A stretch of 16,971 nt of DNA, from NCBI GenBank assembly GCA_051652765.1, contig JBOFUV010000025.1:1-16971 (forward strand), given 5' to 3'. How positions within the stretch are numbered: the first letter of the stretch is position 1; each line of letters starts with the position of its first letter. Origin of the DNA: Microcoleaceae cyanobacterium (lineage in GTDB: Bacteria; Cyanobacteriota; Cyanobacteriia; Cyanobacteriales; Microcoleaceae). Shown here piece by piece: positions 16,538-16,971 of this stretch. The notes below the pieces were generated by a model that worked only from the letters and a program-made list of their open reading frames with translations, was not told the origin of the DNA and did no database searches. Made by a program: the position numbers and the translations under genes.

Positions 16538-16971
16538 CTAGATGACATACTGCAAATTACTTGCATCAGGGCTAGTAACGGTGACATTTCTTACCAAAGC
16601 GATTAACTCATCTGAGTTGTCATAGCGCTGATTGGCATTGCTATCGAGGTAGATGCCTGTGCCACTCGCCTCATCAATCGAGGTTGGATTCAGCACATAC
16701 TGGTTAGGAGTTCCCCACAAAGCGATCACATCCACTTCAGGATTAAAGTCCATGATCAAGGCGTAATCGCTTGTTCCGGGTGTCGCACTATTACCGTCGT
16801 TGTAATAGGCTTGGTTCTGGTCACCTAAGATGAACAAGTTAGCGCCGGTTCCGCCGGTTAGGGTGTCAATTTCGGTTATCCCAGGGGTTGATGCCGTTGG
16901 ATCGATACCTGTGAGAGTATCGTTATCCTCATCGCCCCAGAGTTTGTCATTGCCTGTCCCGCCCATGACAA
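16538..16971 (-). CDS. C-terminal end of an RTX/hemolysin-type calcium-binding secreted or surface protein (5'-partial)
   Basis: The frame is open to the right edge. Nonapeptide repeats GGTGNDKLW, GDEDNDTLT and DTLTGGTGANLF; cyanobacterial RTX-type tail YYNDG...DYALIMDFNP...DELIALV; DxNxN Ca-loop-like DSNANQRYDNSDE. Confidence 0.82.
   Translation of the reverse strand, partial: VMGGTGNDKLWGDEDNDTLTGIDPTASTPGITEIDTLTGGTGANLFILGDQNQAYYNDGNSATPGTSDYALIMDFNPEVDVIALWGTPNQYVLNPTSIDEASGTGIYLDSNANQRYDNSDELIALVRNVTVTSPDASNLQYVI

Overview
This looks like a cyanobacterial chromosome segment (HIP1 GCGATCGC octamers, a CtpC-type protease, a DUF697 GTPase). From left to right: (1) a >=978-codon minus-strand gene missing from the ORF track because its stop lies just off the left edge, which fuses a PlsY-like membrane acyltransferase domain to a rifampin-phosphotransferase/PigC-type ATP-grasp plus phospho-His module; (2) a GT2 glycosyltransferase and GMC oxidoreductase pair; (3) a housekeeping block with a membrane-anchored DUF697/YcjF GTPase divergent from ctpC and mobA; (4) a decayed MazF/PemK toxin fragment followed by an eroded attC-like hairpin; (5) a co-oriented minus-strand cluster with the 3' end of an RTX-type Ca-binding protein, four PAPS-dependent sulfotransferases, a 2OG-Fe(II) oxygenase and a GT4 glycosyltransferase. 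Two ~116-bp MITE-like elements and several short tandem duplications lie between genes. I saw no rRNA, tRNA or CRISPR array. All calls come from manual translation and motif recognition; no database search was run.
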